DNA from: Paramecium tetraurelia
Lineage: Eukaryota
DNA length: 64,000 nt
Direction of reading: 5' to 3'
NCBI GenBank assembly: GCA_000165425.1
Contig: CT868040.1
Coordinates: forward strand, 62,001-126,000
Every line of letters starts with the position of its first letter. Position 1 is the stretch's first letter. Shown in pieces: positions 1-14,015 of this stretch. The notes below the pieces were generated by a model. The model was given only the letters and a program-made list of their open reading frames with translations, searched no databases and had not been told where the DNA came from. Position numbers and translations under genes: made by a program.

Positions 1-579
1 ATTAATTTAAATAAAGCTAAAAAAGGATTATTTTTTATTTTTAAATAATGATGAATGAATCCTTCTATAGAATTTGCTTTTAGACCTTAAGAACGCTATG
101 CGAATTGAAACTAATAACAGGGCAAGAAAAGCTCTATCTCAAGAAGATAGTAGTTCATCAATAATTTTAAATACCAGAAAATTTAGATATTAACTACCTC
201 TCTCTTTTATTTTTATTCCACATAAAAAAACAAAGGAAATAGTTAGAACTCAAAAATGGCGATCTTTTAATCATAGATGAATAGACAGATGAAGAATAGG
301 CATGATCCTGTGCACTGCAGAAATTTAGTGAATTTTGTTTATGTATTTTTCTTACATTATAAACTATCTATTGAACTCAAATTGTTTGTTAACCAAAAAA
401 TTCCGTTTTAATTTAAAATTTCTAAAAGAAAATCCCATATTGCGTATTTTCTATTAAATAATGCAATATTAATACGCATTTTCTTAATCGTATGTATTAA
501 ATTATTATGTTTAAACCTATTTATAAAAATGACACTTTTGTAATAATTGATAATAAATATTATAATAAAATATAAGCAT

Positions 580-2450
580 GGTTGAAAGGAATAAATAATT
601 ATATATACGCTTTTAAATTCTTTTCACAATTCTTTTCTAATGTTTGGGATCCAAAAACAATTTTAAGTATTTTTGGGTTATTTATTATTGTCATTCAGAT
701 GGATAAAGATTATTTGAAATTAAGTTTGCTTCTCTGTAACAATTCCATATTAATCGAATAAAAAAAATTAACAAAATTTTCTTTGAGGTATTAAGGTCAA
801 CATCTAAGTGAAAAGGGAATGCTCTCCCTTCAAGTTAGCGATCAAACTGCATCAATAATATTAATCTGAGAAGAGGGAGATATGCAGAGGGAGTGTGAGA
901 AAAGAATTGAAATTAATATAATATTGGCTTATATTTTATGATAATACAGTTTAACAGAGTTCTCAATCGTAGTGTTTGTGTTGTTATAAATTTTAATGAA
1001 TGAATATTGAATGTTATTTCTTGGAGAAGCTAAAGGTTTCAGGAAATTAAAACAATTAGGAATGTAAATTGTAGATATAAAATTGCTTTTGATTTGAAGG
1101 GATGAAAACCTTAGTTTTTGCTAAGTAAATTTAGCAATATTAATAATAACATATGAGCAAGGCAAACAAATTTATTACCACATTATATTAGGTTCTGGAA
1201 GTAATTAATAGCATAAATTTAGAGCAATGAGTATTTCAATTATGTTTCTTGGACCAATAACGGGTCATCTTTCACGATTCATAGGTTAGATGAATTTAAA
1301 AAAGTCGTAATGAAGGATTGCTTTAACTCTATAAGCATTGAATCATTTTATAGGCAGATGTGCTTGTACGGGTTTCGATTGAGGAAGAAGAAAGGGTTGA
1401 AGGAATACTCGCATCCCAATTTTATTTCAGGAAGATTGTACTTAAAATAGTTTAAGCAGTTAGCAAAGAGTTAGGTCTAGTTTAAAGAAAGAGGAAGACT
1501 TAGGCCATATCTGATGACTTGATTAAAGTGAGTAATAGTTTAAAGGAGTAATTTCAAAAGCTAAAAGAGCAATAATATTCTTTCTTATATTAATTGAAAG
1601 TGCAATATGAAATCCATAAAATTCTATCCAACAAAATAAAATGGCTTCTTTCTGTAAAAATGTTATAACGACATTGTAGTAATTCGAAAATCAATATCCA
1701 GAATCTTGGAAGCAATAAATGAGAATCATATTAAGGCTAATAGTTGGATGCAAACCAGTCTATGGAGCAGAAACTTCAGCACCACTTTATGAAATATTAA
1801 AGGATGATCTATTGTAACAAGAAGATTTTTATTCTCCAAAATAGTGGCCATTTTAGTGAATTTACAACTCTTGATTTTAAAAATGTATAAATTTTGTAAT
1901 TTAAATAATAAAAAATGAATAACCCTGTAAATATGTAACTATTATGAGATACTTGTAGTGTCGAATTAATAAGTAATTTAAGACGAATCAATAATGATAA
2001 TTTGTTTAAGGGTATTTTCAGATTCAGAATAATTGAGAATTTTCTCAAAAAAGGAGAGATAAAAATGTTAAGTTTATTCCAAACGCTTTTGATATCTATT
2101 TTGAAATAGTCAAGGATGAATGGAATAAGAATGAAGAGATTTGAATTACAGCATTGGAGAAACATCGATAATAATTTAAATTGGATGAGATAACCATTTG
2201 AAATGAAATTGGGTATATCGAATAAGCAGCGAGTACTCCTATTAAAGAATGCAATCTAAAATGAGGGTTAATATTAAATGATATTTGATTAAAAATGACA
2301 AGAGTTAAGCAATTTTAGAACATGCTTGGAGTAAAAAGTACCAATTTTTGGATCCTAAAAATAAGATGAATCTGATGATTAAATTTACAGAGAGGATTTA
2401 AGGCATTCCTAGATCAAACCATAAGATAAGCCTTTTTAAAGATTGTATAA
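580..2450 (+). pseudogene. Decayed gene remnant (coding-like composition, no continuous frame)
   Basis: Protein-like segments (e.g. KNVKFIPNAFDIYFEIVKDEWNKNEEI*) are broken by TGA stops and frame switches that GT-AG micro-introns do not explain; boundaries approximate. Confidence 0.4.
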
Positions 2451-2572
2451 TTAATTAATAGTTCTCAAATATTTAGAATATTATATAATTTAATTTCCCT
2501 TAATTTGATATTTTATATAGTGTATAATTCAAATATATATATAAAAAGTAAATAAGTCCGTTAAACAAAAAG

Positions 2573-3625
2573 ATGAACAAATCACTAAATACTTCAAGAG
2601 ATACCAGATCTTCATTATAAGAGGTTGTCACAACTCACACTGAACAAATAATTAAGAGTAATCAATTAGAATAAGAATTGCATCGAGTCAATCAATAGAG
2701 GAAACTACTGTCTATGGAATTGGATGATTGGAGCTATCAATATGTCTAAAAGTCACAGGCTCTTTAAGAATGCGAATTAGAAAATGCTCTTTTAAAGAGA
2801 TAAATTCATACTCAAAGTCAATCGGAAGACATTTAAAAATTGCATGTTTTGTTATAGTAAATATTTATTAAAAGCAGATAGAAAAACCAAATCATTTTAG
2901 AATGGACAAAGAAGTTCGAAAATATTGAGAAGAGATTAGAAAATGAGAACAAATTGTAACAACAAGTAAAGCAATAATAATATTTAAATGACATAATTAA
3001 ACAACAATTAACTGAATTAAAGTAGCAGTAAATCATTTTATCCAAGAATTACTTAGAACTAAAAGAAGAAAGAAATTAATATTATCTAAAATTTATAGAG
3101 GCCTCTTCATAAATCCAGAAATTGGAAATAAATAATACTCAATTAGAAATTGAGAGAACTAAATTTTAATCAGATCTCAAACTAGTCAAACAAGATTGTT
3201 TGTAATTAACAGAGAGACTTAATTAAGTGTAAAGTGTGGATGAAAAGAAAAACAAATGGAAAACTAGATACCATGATTTGCTAAAACAATTCAAAGACAA
3301 TTCTATTGAATAGCCTAATCAACAATTGATCGAACAACCAAATGATGAAATTTAGAATCATTAACAGGAATTTAACATAGTTGAGAACTATGATAATGAG
3401 GAATTGAATGATATGAAAGATAAGTTATAACAGTTGGAATAAGAGAATCAGTATTTAAGAGAATAGAATATTGACTTACGAAATCAATTCTAAAGTGCTA
3501 CTGACAAACTCTTGAAATAGCAATTATAAAATTCGATGACTAAAGAATAAAGCTAAACTTTTTCATTTGTTCATTATCATCGTGAATATTGTGATTCATT
3601 AGAAGAATAGCAAATCTAAGATTGA
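2573..3625 (+). CDS. Coiled-coil hypothetical protein (~350 aa)
   Basis: ATG 2573 to TGA 3623-3625 in one frame with TAA/TAG=Gln; E/Q/K/L-rich; possible in-frame 21-nt intron 2857-2877. Confidence 0.8.
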
Positions 3626-3640
3626 TATTATAATATTATG

Positions 3641-4191
3641 TCATTGACTAAAAGTAGCATATCCATCTTATGTTTACTTGAATCCACTGGTTTTTTAGAA
3701 TTAAATTCTTTGTATCAGATATTGTCGATATCCTTCCACATCAATTATCTAAGTCTATCCTTAGAATATCCTTAAATTAGCTCCTTTGATTAGCAAAGCC
3801 TTCAAAATGTCATTCTTCTTATTAAACATATCCTCCTCCTTCTTCACTCCCAATGCCTTCAATGCTATATAGAGAGGGCATCTGTGTTCGTAGTTCTTTG
3901 AACAATGACATCGAATGTCGCACTCTTCTGCATATTACAGAAAATTATCAAGTATTTAATACATTCTTTTGTAGTGAAGATTACTCAATCCCTTTGAACG
4001 TGCCTAACAAACTCGAAGAGTCAACAACTATAGAATTTATTAAGCACTTTTACACTTGCAGTAGATAAGTATCGTTTTGGCTCAAATTCATATGTTTATC
4101 GGATATCTGTCTTTTAATTGATGAGAAACTCAACCAAATCGTAGTCTTCAACTTTCAGAGCATACCAAAGAGCTCTCCCTTGATTTAACAT
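3641..4191 (-). CDS. Small protein with degenerate ankyrin-like repeats (174 aa)
   Basis: MLNQGRALWYALKVEDYDLVEFLINQKTD...CPLYIALKAL...DILKALLIKGANL; one 26-nt intron; frame closes at TGA. Confidence 0.7.
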
Positions 4192-4932
4192 GTGATATGT
4201 AAAATTAAATAAAATTTTATTGCATTTTTCAATTGAAATAATTTAATTATAAGGAAAATGTTTATATCTTCCTCAATAACTATTAAAAGAAAGGAGAATT
4301 AAAATATGGAATGGTTAAGTTTTCAAGGTATTGTTACTACTTTATTTAAAATGTATAATACATTTCTCTAGTTATTATTATATACCTTATTTAGTTAAAT
4401 CAATGTTCTGATTGAACTCAAAAATAATTAATTTCAATTTTTAATTAATTCTTGTAATATTACAAAAATTGATCTAGTTTGTAATCTTTTTGTTTCAGTC
4501 TTTTACACATATGACTACATAGTAATAATTATAACTCCTGCTATTATCTATTCAATTGCATCTAATTATGATGTCATTTCTCATTATTATTGGATTTTAT
4601 ATACCAACTTGAATTTATAATTTTTATCAATAATTATTAGCATCCATAATAAAATATAAAATCAACAAACACTTTTGTTTTTAAGAAAAATCCTTCTATT
4701 GGAGCTATTTAAGAATGCATGGAACGTTGGAAGTATCTTAAGTAATTAAACTAACATAGTGAATCCTGGGATGATGTCAGAAATCAAGATAATTGAAGTT
4801 GTACAGTAGTGATGAGAAATTTTTGATGATAGTTGATTAGAAAGAATTATAATCAATATATGTATATGACTATCATAAATGTATTGAATAAATTGAATAT
4901 AATGTTCATATTAAAAAATATTAATTCCAAAA

Positions 4933-7900
4933 ATGAGCTTATAGCGCGCAAAAAGAAATGCTACAAAAATAACGTATAGTGTGGAGGAAGAAAATGAATC
5001 AGATTCTTCCTCCAAGTAGAATAAGAAGAAATTAAAGAAAACCACCAAGGTGACAATCACAGAATGCAAGAAGAAAGTGAAAACTTAACCATAGCTTCGT
5101 TTTAGTCCAATTGCTTGGTCCAGATTAATGAATGTTGGAAAATTGCTAGGATAGATAGACACTGCAGGTATTTTGAACAACGACGAGATTGATCCAACAA
5201 TTTAATCGAATGATGTTGGATAAGTGAATATTTATAAGGAATGGTTTGAGAGAGACTATATATACGAATTGGATGAGAAATCTAACTTAACTAAGGTATG
5301 AATTGTATTTAGATGATAGCCATTGGAGTTTTAAAGTAATTTGCATTATTTGCATCAATTTGAGAAGCGCATCCAAAATAGATACTACTGGGATAATGAG
5401 TAAGTTTGGAAGGATCTGCGTAAATTGTTTGGAAACACATACATTAGATGTCGAAGTGCATAGGATTACAACTATCTGTGTAAAGTCTGGTTGGATGGTA
5501 AAGTGAAGATCAAGCCAATAATGGATGTATTCAACAGTCAAATCGAAGCCGATGTGAAGAACTTAATGGAAATAGATAAAGAATTCAAGGTCTAAACCAC
5601 TAAATGGCCAGTGATTCCAGACAAGAAGGATATTCGGTCATATTAGGAGATTTACAATTATGAACCTAATCCAAATCAAGAACCGTATATAGAGTAGATA
5701 AGGGAGAAGCTATCGACATCTAAGAGACCTGTAAAATGTGATAAGGATTGTGTTTGTTTTGATTTGAGTAAAATGGGAGCATTTTCATATGTCAATATCA
5801 CTTGGGATTCTGAATGTCCGAATAGAAAAAATAGAGTGGAGTGTCTGGAACATGAAGGAACAGAATAACCATGTATGAACATGTCAATTCAAATGAAATA
5901 GCATCAAGTGAATAAGATGAAGTAGGAGGAGAATGCTGATGTGGAAGTAATTATTTGTATTATCTAAATAGGAAACACCCTGTTGGGGTATAGATGCTTA
6001 CACTAGAAAAGTAATCATCAACATACTGCCTTTAAATTACGATGATGCCCAAAAGAACAAATTTCTGGAGAAATTATTATTAGCTATCAATAGACCATCT
6101 GATAAGGAAAATGCTTATGATATGAGTTTAGCCTGTGATTACATCATCAAAGAATCTAAATTGATGTCCAGTCATTACAATAAAGAGGATAGGAAAATGG
6201 CTAAATAGATATAAAAGGTCCTTAAGTATGATACAGAGGGATTCAGGATACACACTAAAGGATTTGGATTGGTTTGTGTTAACAAGTAAGGAATCAAGAA
6301 CAATTCATTGATTATTCCCTATTTGGGTGAAATATATCAACCTTGGAGATGGTATGAGAAGCAAGATTTTATTAAGAAATAAATGAAGGAACATAATCAG
6401 AAGGACATATTACCTGATTTCTATAATATTATGTTGGACATTCATAGAGATGATATCAAAGGAATTGATTTCTTGTTTGTGGATCCTATTAATAAAGGCA
6501 ATTATTCATCTAGATTAAGTCACTCTTGTAATCCTAATTGTGGCACAGTTACTACTGTTAGTAATGGTACATATGTAATTGGAATGTATGCGATGAGAGA
6601 GATTCAATATGGGGAGGAACTTACTTTTGATTATTGCTCATTCACTGAGAGTAAATAAGAATAATTGTAAGCCTTATGTTTGTGTGGAAGTGAGAAATGC
6701 AAAATGTAACTTTGATTTTTAAACATTAGTTATTACTTACAATTATCGAATTGTAAGGAGTACAATGGTATATTGGACAAAGAACATTGCTTTTTAACAA
6801 GGAATGCTATTTTATTGAAATCCTGCAGCGACAACGTAGATAAATCGAATGAGGATTCAGAGTTATATAGTAAATACAGAATTGGATCTAGTGTTTTGAA
6901 TGATTGTCCATTGTGGTTAAAGAATTGGGTTGGCTATATTTTGAAATTCATTGATCAAGAGTATTATTCATAGCCAATATAATTAGACGTCAAACGTATA
7001 AGAGCGAATTGAATTTGAAGTACGAATAAACAGCAGAGGTGGAATAGTGGAACCATTTCACTGCGACTCAACATTCAGAAGATAGGATTTAGAATCTTAT
7101 TTTCACTCTAGACAAAATTAAGTTCTTTTTAAATAACAGTGACAGCAGCGAACCACCAATCTCAATAATTGGAGATAGTGATTTATTGGATAGTTTTTGG
7201 AAAGACTATTCCTCAGGAACATCAAGTGAATGCTCATTCTTTAATGAATTGTATCAACTATTTCAAAAGCACAATCAAAAAAAAATGATTGAATTAATTC
7301 ATGTGATCTACAAAAAAAAACAATAGCTGCATGATTACAAAGAAAACATTCACAATATCCATAGATAGGAACTCCTGATAACTAGAATGCTATTTTTGAC
7401 TCTGTCACATATGCTCATGTAACAATAGTACACTTTCCATCATGAAGCCTTGTCTTTGATTCTTTACATGATGGCCTATACGTACACATACTTCAAACCC
7501 TATGAGTACACTGGGTTTTCATCACCTCCAATTGAGGATTTAGAATGGAGGAAGGTTGGGGCCTTTAAAAAGAAGTGCAAAAGCGAAGGAAGAGCCTATT
7601 CTTCTTAATTTGTTTGGGGATAATTGATAGGATGGTTCAAATAGACTGTGGCAGCACCTTAAGCTTCACTCTCATAAGACAGAAGAGGAACTCTATCATA
7701 TCCAGCCATTTCCTCTTTTGATAAAGCAGGTGACAAAGCCTATCCATTTTAATAATCCAAGGCCTAGAGTAGTCGTTCTTATTTCATCCAGCATTTATTG
7801 GATAAGCCAAGCTACATGTGGCCACCTGAAACTGCCAGTTGGAGTTACAAAAACACATACAAAATTTATGGGACAATCTTGTTTGAATAATTTTACTCAA

Positions 7901-8229
7901 CTGAACTAGAAGAGGATTTCTTGGATGAAGTTCTAGCAAGCCATACCAGAGATTATGATTCAAAGTTTTAGCTCTTTGTCAAATACGAATCCAAAAAATT
8001 TAAACATTCTCTTGAGCTTTTTGACAAATTCAAGGAGATTTTCAAACCTTACATTGGAGACAATTAGTTAAATTATAAAGATGTCATTGTTGCTCCATTA
8101 AGATATAGAAGATGTAAATTCGAAAATAACTCAAAAAGAGAAGCATATATTGAGAGTTTAAGAGCAGATGGAAAATCAGAAGAGGCCGATCTTATATAGA
8201 AATTCCCATTCATAAGTTATGCGATATGA
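4933..8229 (+). CDS. ATXR3: SET-domain histone lysine methyltransferase, ATXR3/SDG2-like (~1073 aa)
   Basis: WGIDAYT...KGFGLVC...[16 protein letters not shown]...FYNIML...[21 protein letters not shown]...GEELTFDY...[15 protein letters not shown], plus C-terminal [14 protein letters not shown] and WGQLIGWFKQT...RRGTLSYP blocks recalled as typical of ATXR3; introns 5947-5971, 6706-6729, 6961-6986. Confidence 0.88.
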
Positions 8230-9162
8230 TATAGGTATATTATTTTAGTTAATTTTATTATTAATTATTAATAAATATATCCCAAAAAAATTCTGATTTC
8301 ATTTCATGCATTTAGTTGGAATTAATATTGAGGTATCTTTCTTATCCTAATTTTATAATTAAAACCCAAAAGAAATTCATTAGAATCTTTTTCAAAAGTA
8401 TTAGTTTTCTACTGAGTCTTGACACTGCAAATTTAGAATTATATTCAAGATATGAGATGTGATATCCATGTTGATTCCTAATTATCTCCAATAAATGAAT
8501 TATAATCATTTTACAGATCAGATTATGACAAAAACCATCCTATTATAATACTTATATTAATAAAAATAATTATTAAATTTTTGTAAATTTTTCGAAATAC
8601 CCCAAATAAATTATGAGTTGTTGATTGATTAAATTTTATTCTCCTTCACTCAATTTTTAAAGAAATTTAGAATTCAGATCAAATTAATTGATGTTTAGAC
8701 AATTTTTGGTAAATGTCTTAATCTTCGATACTCTTTAAATGGTTAAATGAATATTGGTTTGTTTTTTAAATATTTATAAAATTAAACAAATCGGAAGTAT
8801 ATAATTTAGATTTAGTCCATTTCCGAGTTTTTTCTGGTTTTCTTAGAGAAAGTATCATTTTTCCGAGCTTGAGCTTTATTTTAAGTAAAATAAATAACAA
8901 CTGTAAATAAAGTTGGATTAGGAATTCAATTAGTTTGAACTTATTTAATTATTATTTATAATTTCAAGATATTTGATTATTTAAAATGTGTTTTATATAT
9001 GATTCTCTTGAATAGGTAATAATTTATTATTATTATTTTTGAATTAGAACCCTTTAGAGCTATATGAATAGTTAAAATTACAAAAACCCATTAGATTTAT
9101 TATTAAATGATATTTTAAAATGCAATTCTAAATTTTTCTATGTCTATAAAATATTTTTGATA

Positions 9163-9828
9163 ATGATAAAAGATTAGAGTTTTGATACTAATGTCTCTAT
9201 CAATTCAGATGAAGAAATTAAGCAAATTAAAATCCATCCCTTTGATCCTTACTTCTAATACTACCATCAGGATAATACTTAAATAAATGCATAAAACGAA
9301 AAAGCAAATTCACCTGCACCTTCTCCTAAATACAAATTTATGGGAGCAAGCTATAGTAACGACGAATCAACGTAATCGCAATCGATGTAAACCAATTTAG
9401 ATCTTGGTAAATTACAAGAACAATGCATTTCCTAATGTACTATAGATGTCCTCAAAAGTGTTGACGCTTATCTAGATATCCGAAGTAAGTAAGACAACTA
9501 TCACGTTGAAATTGTTAGCATGTAATTAATTAAAATGAATATGTTGAAAAACAAGAATGTTGTTCATCATAATCATCATATACATCAGACAAAAACCAGA
9601 AATAATAAAAATTCAACTGCTAATGTTAGAAGTCTATCTCCTTAAGGAATACTAAAGAAAAGTTCTTTTGAAGGGCCCTTTAATAAAAATTTATTAAATT
9701 TACAGTATAATCAGAATTCAAATAAGAAGGTTTCGTTCGAGTTCACTAAAGAATAGATCAGAAGTATGAAAAGAATTAATGTTTCGAGTGTGCTTATCAA
9801 TAAAAAGAGCAGATTATTTTTAAATTGA
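9163..9828 (+). CDS. Hypothetical low-complexity protein (221 aa)
   Basis: Continuous ciliate-code ORF; SPQGILKK...KKVSFEF near C-terminus. Confidence 0.7.
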
Positions 9829-9834
9829 ATATTA

Positions 9835-10516
9835 TCATCTATATTATCTATAAGTTATATATACTCCAACAATCATTGAGATTAAGATGGATATTAAGAA
9901 TTACTTAATGCCAACAGTTATCTTGCCGTCATTCTGTTTATCTTTAATGACTTTGAGATCCTCGCTCTAAATATATACATTCGTAATTTTTACAATTTTT
10001 TTAATTTGATCTTCCAAACTCAAAATATCTTTTGATTGTTGTTGTTTCTTTTGAGGTTTTACATATTCTGTTTTAATGGTAGTTGTTTTAAAATCATTAA
10101 TTTCTTAAGGAGATATAGAAGATTTGAAGACAGTGGATTACAAGGAGGAAGCGTCATCAGTGGAACATTTAATGATTCTTTGATTCAATCTCTGCTGGTT
10201 TTTGAAAAATTAAACCACATCCTGCTTACTTATTAAATTATACTTCATTGATAGTTATGGGTCCAGCCAGTATCTAAACACGATCCATGTTAATAGTGAT
10301 GGCATTACTCGTTGTTAATTACAAGGTTACACTATTGCCAGCTCTCAAGACTCCTATATTTGGTTTAACACTATAATCATTTTGATTGCTTAATCTAACT
10401 TTAAAAGCTACAAAGATTGCTGAAACATTCTATAACACTATTCTTGCAACATATTAATTGTTTTGTAACTCAAACCTCAAGATTCCATCTGGTTAAATTG
10501 ACAGTAATTACTCCAT
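9835..10516 (-). CDS. VAP/Scs2-like protein (MSP domain, coiled coil, C-terminal TM)
   Basis: IVLQNVSAIFVAFKVRLSNQNDYSVKPNIGVL (MSP signature), tail FLISILISMIVGVYITYR; 22-nt intron 10222-10243. Confidence 0.82.
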
Positions 10517-10952
10517 ATAATTATTAATATAATACTAGAGATATTAATAAATTCTTCCTTTAGTTAATTTCAACATTTTGGATGGATCATTATGTTATTT
10601 TTATTAAAGATAATATAGATTTCTTATTTTATTTTTTACAATAAAGTTGATTTCTTATATTCGCGTTCATATTAATAAATTGTTGAACTTAGATATCAAA
10701 AGTAGTTTAAATCTATTATTTTGTAGTTTGTGTTAGCTGAGATTAATATAATCTACAATTAACTTATATATTAAAATAGACATGAGAGAGTGTTTGTGAA
10801 AATATACAGAACTTAATTACAACTGTGAAAATAGTTTGGTCAGAGTTTATTTAAATTTTCACATCTTGTTAATCTTTCGAGAATGAACTATAAATTAATA
10901 TGAAAAATAGATAAATAATCAGCAGTATTGAACTTGCTAGTATAGATAAATA

Positions 10953-12858
10953 ATGAGTCGATTTACCGAATAGTTAATTTAAAATTGCATTAGTGAAGAT
11001 AATTTAATTAACTATGGATTATTGTAAAATAAATTTCAAATGATCGATAGAAGTTATTAACTCAACTCTTCCTATGATTCTTAAGTAACATTGCCTCCAA
11101 GGAATAAACAATTCTCTCCTGTGGTTACACAACTTATGAGGAAGGATAGAGAGATTGAATAAATGCGGGATGAGTTATCATAATAGAATTATTTGATTGA
11201 TGAATTATCTCAATAAATCCATTTCCTTGAACACTAACTCAGAGATAATGAAGGATTCAAAGAAAAGTATCAATCATTAACAGATGATCAAAATTAACAA
11301 CAAAAAGATGTTCAAAAATAAAAAGTATCTGTCCAGACAACCACAGCCAAAGAAATTCTGAATTTATTTCTAGAATAAGAGAAACAAGGAGAGGATAATG
11401 TACAATTTAAATACATTGAAACAGCATCATATTTTAAATCAGAATTATAAGAATCTGTTAACAGAGAACTAGAATAAAAGCAAGTGTTAGACAACTTTAT
11501 TAAGCAGTGCACTCAAATGAATGAATAGATTATTTCAAAGAATTAACAAATACTTTAATTGACTTTAGAAAAACAGGAAGAAATACTCTCCTTACTCATC
11601 AAAAAAGAAGATGAATTGTTGTTTTACAAAGAAAAAAGTAGAGTTTTCTATGAATTATTGTAATGTAACATGGATATCACTAAGTTATATTAAAAACAAA
11701 ACTAGGGATTGAGATAAGCTTTAAAAGGATGTTGGACCATTAATCTGGACTAATCCTAATAAATTGAATCACTGATTAAATTATTGGATAATGCACATCT
11801 AGAACGCAATTCCCTTTCAGTCAAACCAATATTAGATCAAATCAAATACTGTTCTAATTAAAACTATTCCAATAAAAGGATATCTTAATTAGAAATCTTT
11901 ATAGATCAAGTATGTTAAGTGGAAGGGAAAACTGCCTTTGATAAGGTTTAGAATATAATCCTTTAATTAGATTAGTATCAATAAATATGCCAAAATGTAT
12001 AGGATGAAAAATAAGAAATTATTGAGGAGCTTCAATTTTATAAAAATAAACTAATGGAATAAGATGAAACAATCAAAGAGTTTGAAAAGTTACTAACTGA
12101 GATGGAAGCGAACTTTCATTAGTAGCTATAAACTCAAACATTATAGTTAAATGAAATCAATCAAAAAAATGAATTGATTGCTCATTATTAATTAATCTTA
12201 GATGATTACAAGTCATAAATGACTTAAAAATTGGATTAAAAGATGATTAATGAATAGCAAGGCCAGAATTTAAACGAATAATCGCTGGAAGAAATCCTAA
12301 AAATAATTACTATGATTCTCTAGGGTTATAATACATTGACCAATGATTATCAACTCAATATTGATATTAGTGGAATCAATGTGAATAAGTATTTAATATG
12401 AGTATGTAGGAAAGTACATATTGATATCAATCCAGTCATCCACAACTATATAAGCAAAATACAATAATAAGTGAATAGTTAGTTTATGATCACAGGCAAG
12501 AACTATTATGAACTAACCAATCATATGGTAAATTGCCTATAAGTAATGAAGCAACAACTACCTCAACATCAATTAAAAGTACGTGATTTTTAATAATTAA
12601 TTTAAGAACTTTATCAATAACGCAAGCATTGAATACATAGAAAAATTTAATCAAATTAGTTATTGCTATTTCGTAAAGCAAGAAAAACTCACTAGCTTTG
12701 AAAAGGATCTGTATAGAAAATATTACACATACATCCCTAGATTGTTGGGTGAACTAATTGAAAACTAGACATAAACTTTCATTAAATTACTTAGAGAGAA
12801 AGTTTATAATAGTATTATAAGCGATCCGATTGTTTCAAATAAACCATTTTAATCATGA
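10953..12858 (+). CDS. Long coiled-coil hypothetical protein (~618 aa)
   Basis: Frame closes with introns 12389-12409 and 12579-12606; E/Q/K/L-rich. Confidence 0.75.
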
Positions 12859-14015
12859 ATTATTTTACATATATTTAATAATTAGCCTAAATTTATTAAA
12901 TTAATTATACTAAAAATTTGAATTCACTCTCAATATTAATTATCATCTATAGGCTATTCTTTGATAATCAATTTATCAATCGCTTTTAGAGTTTTCTAAA
13001 AATTAATCTATTTTTTAAGTAATAATTTATGGCATTATTTTATTTTGTTTGGGTTTATTACTGAATTTAAATTTATTTAATTATAAAATTTTATATAAAT
13101 TTTTTCTTTATCAATGGGATTTTGTTTTAATCAACAGGTACAGCCAAGCTCCTGGAGGCAATGTTCTTATTTTGGTAAATCTTGATTTAAATCTAAGTTA
13201 AATTAAATAATTAGTGTTTATTGGCGTTATGGTGGAAATTCGTTATAATTTTAATTCTCTAATTTATACAGCTAGAATTGATCGATCTCAAATAGGGAAT
13301 CCTTTCTAAATTATTATTTATCAGTTTTACACACCACAGGCTTAGTTATTAATGGTTATATCCAGCAGTAGTTTACGTAAATATAAGATTATTATTTTTA
13401 AATAAAATCAGTATAAAAAATAAAGCCTCTCTGACATATTGAAGGCTAACAAATAATAAATGAAAATCTTTAGATTTGCATTAACACTCTTCTTCCAAAT
13501 GAAGGATAATCTAAATTAAGAATATATTTTATATTATTACCTTCATTGATTCACATTTAAGATCATTTTTATAAATAATTTAGAACAAGTTTAAAAATTA
13601 AGACTTAATTGTTCATATATAAATATGTTTAGATCTTCTATATAATACACAATATATTCATCATTGTCATTTTTAATATAATTTTTATTATCTGCTTTAG
13701 GATTAAAAATATTAAATTCTAAATTGGAAAAAGAACACTAATTTTCTACTTTGATTTCCGACAATTGTTAAAAATCATAATTAACTCGTTGATTGTGTTT
13801 ATATTCTCAATCTAATGCAATTAAGTGGAGGACTAATTAAATTATCAGAATTCAACCCATGGATATTGGTAATGGGTTACAATAAAATTGAGATCCGATT
13901 CCTAAGTGTTGAGGAGGAACGGTAAATTTAGTCTTCATTTTACCTTAAAGTAGTGAATAATTAAGATTATTGTTTTTTTGGCCTAAGAAATTAAATATAG
14001 TTGGAATAATGTAAT

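Noticed and set aside
8986..9110. Short spliced ORF upstream of the 9163 gene
   Set aside because: Hits TGA after about 30 codons and cannot be joined in frame; no recognisable motif
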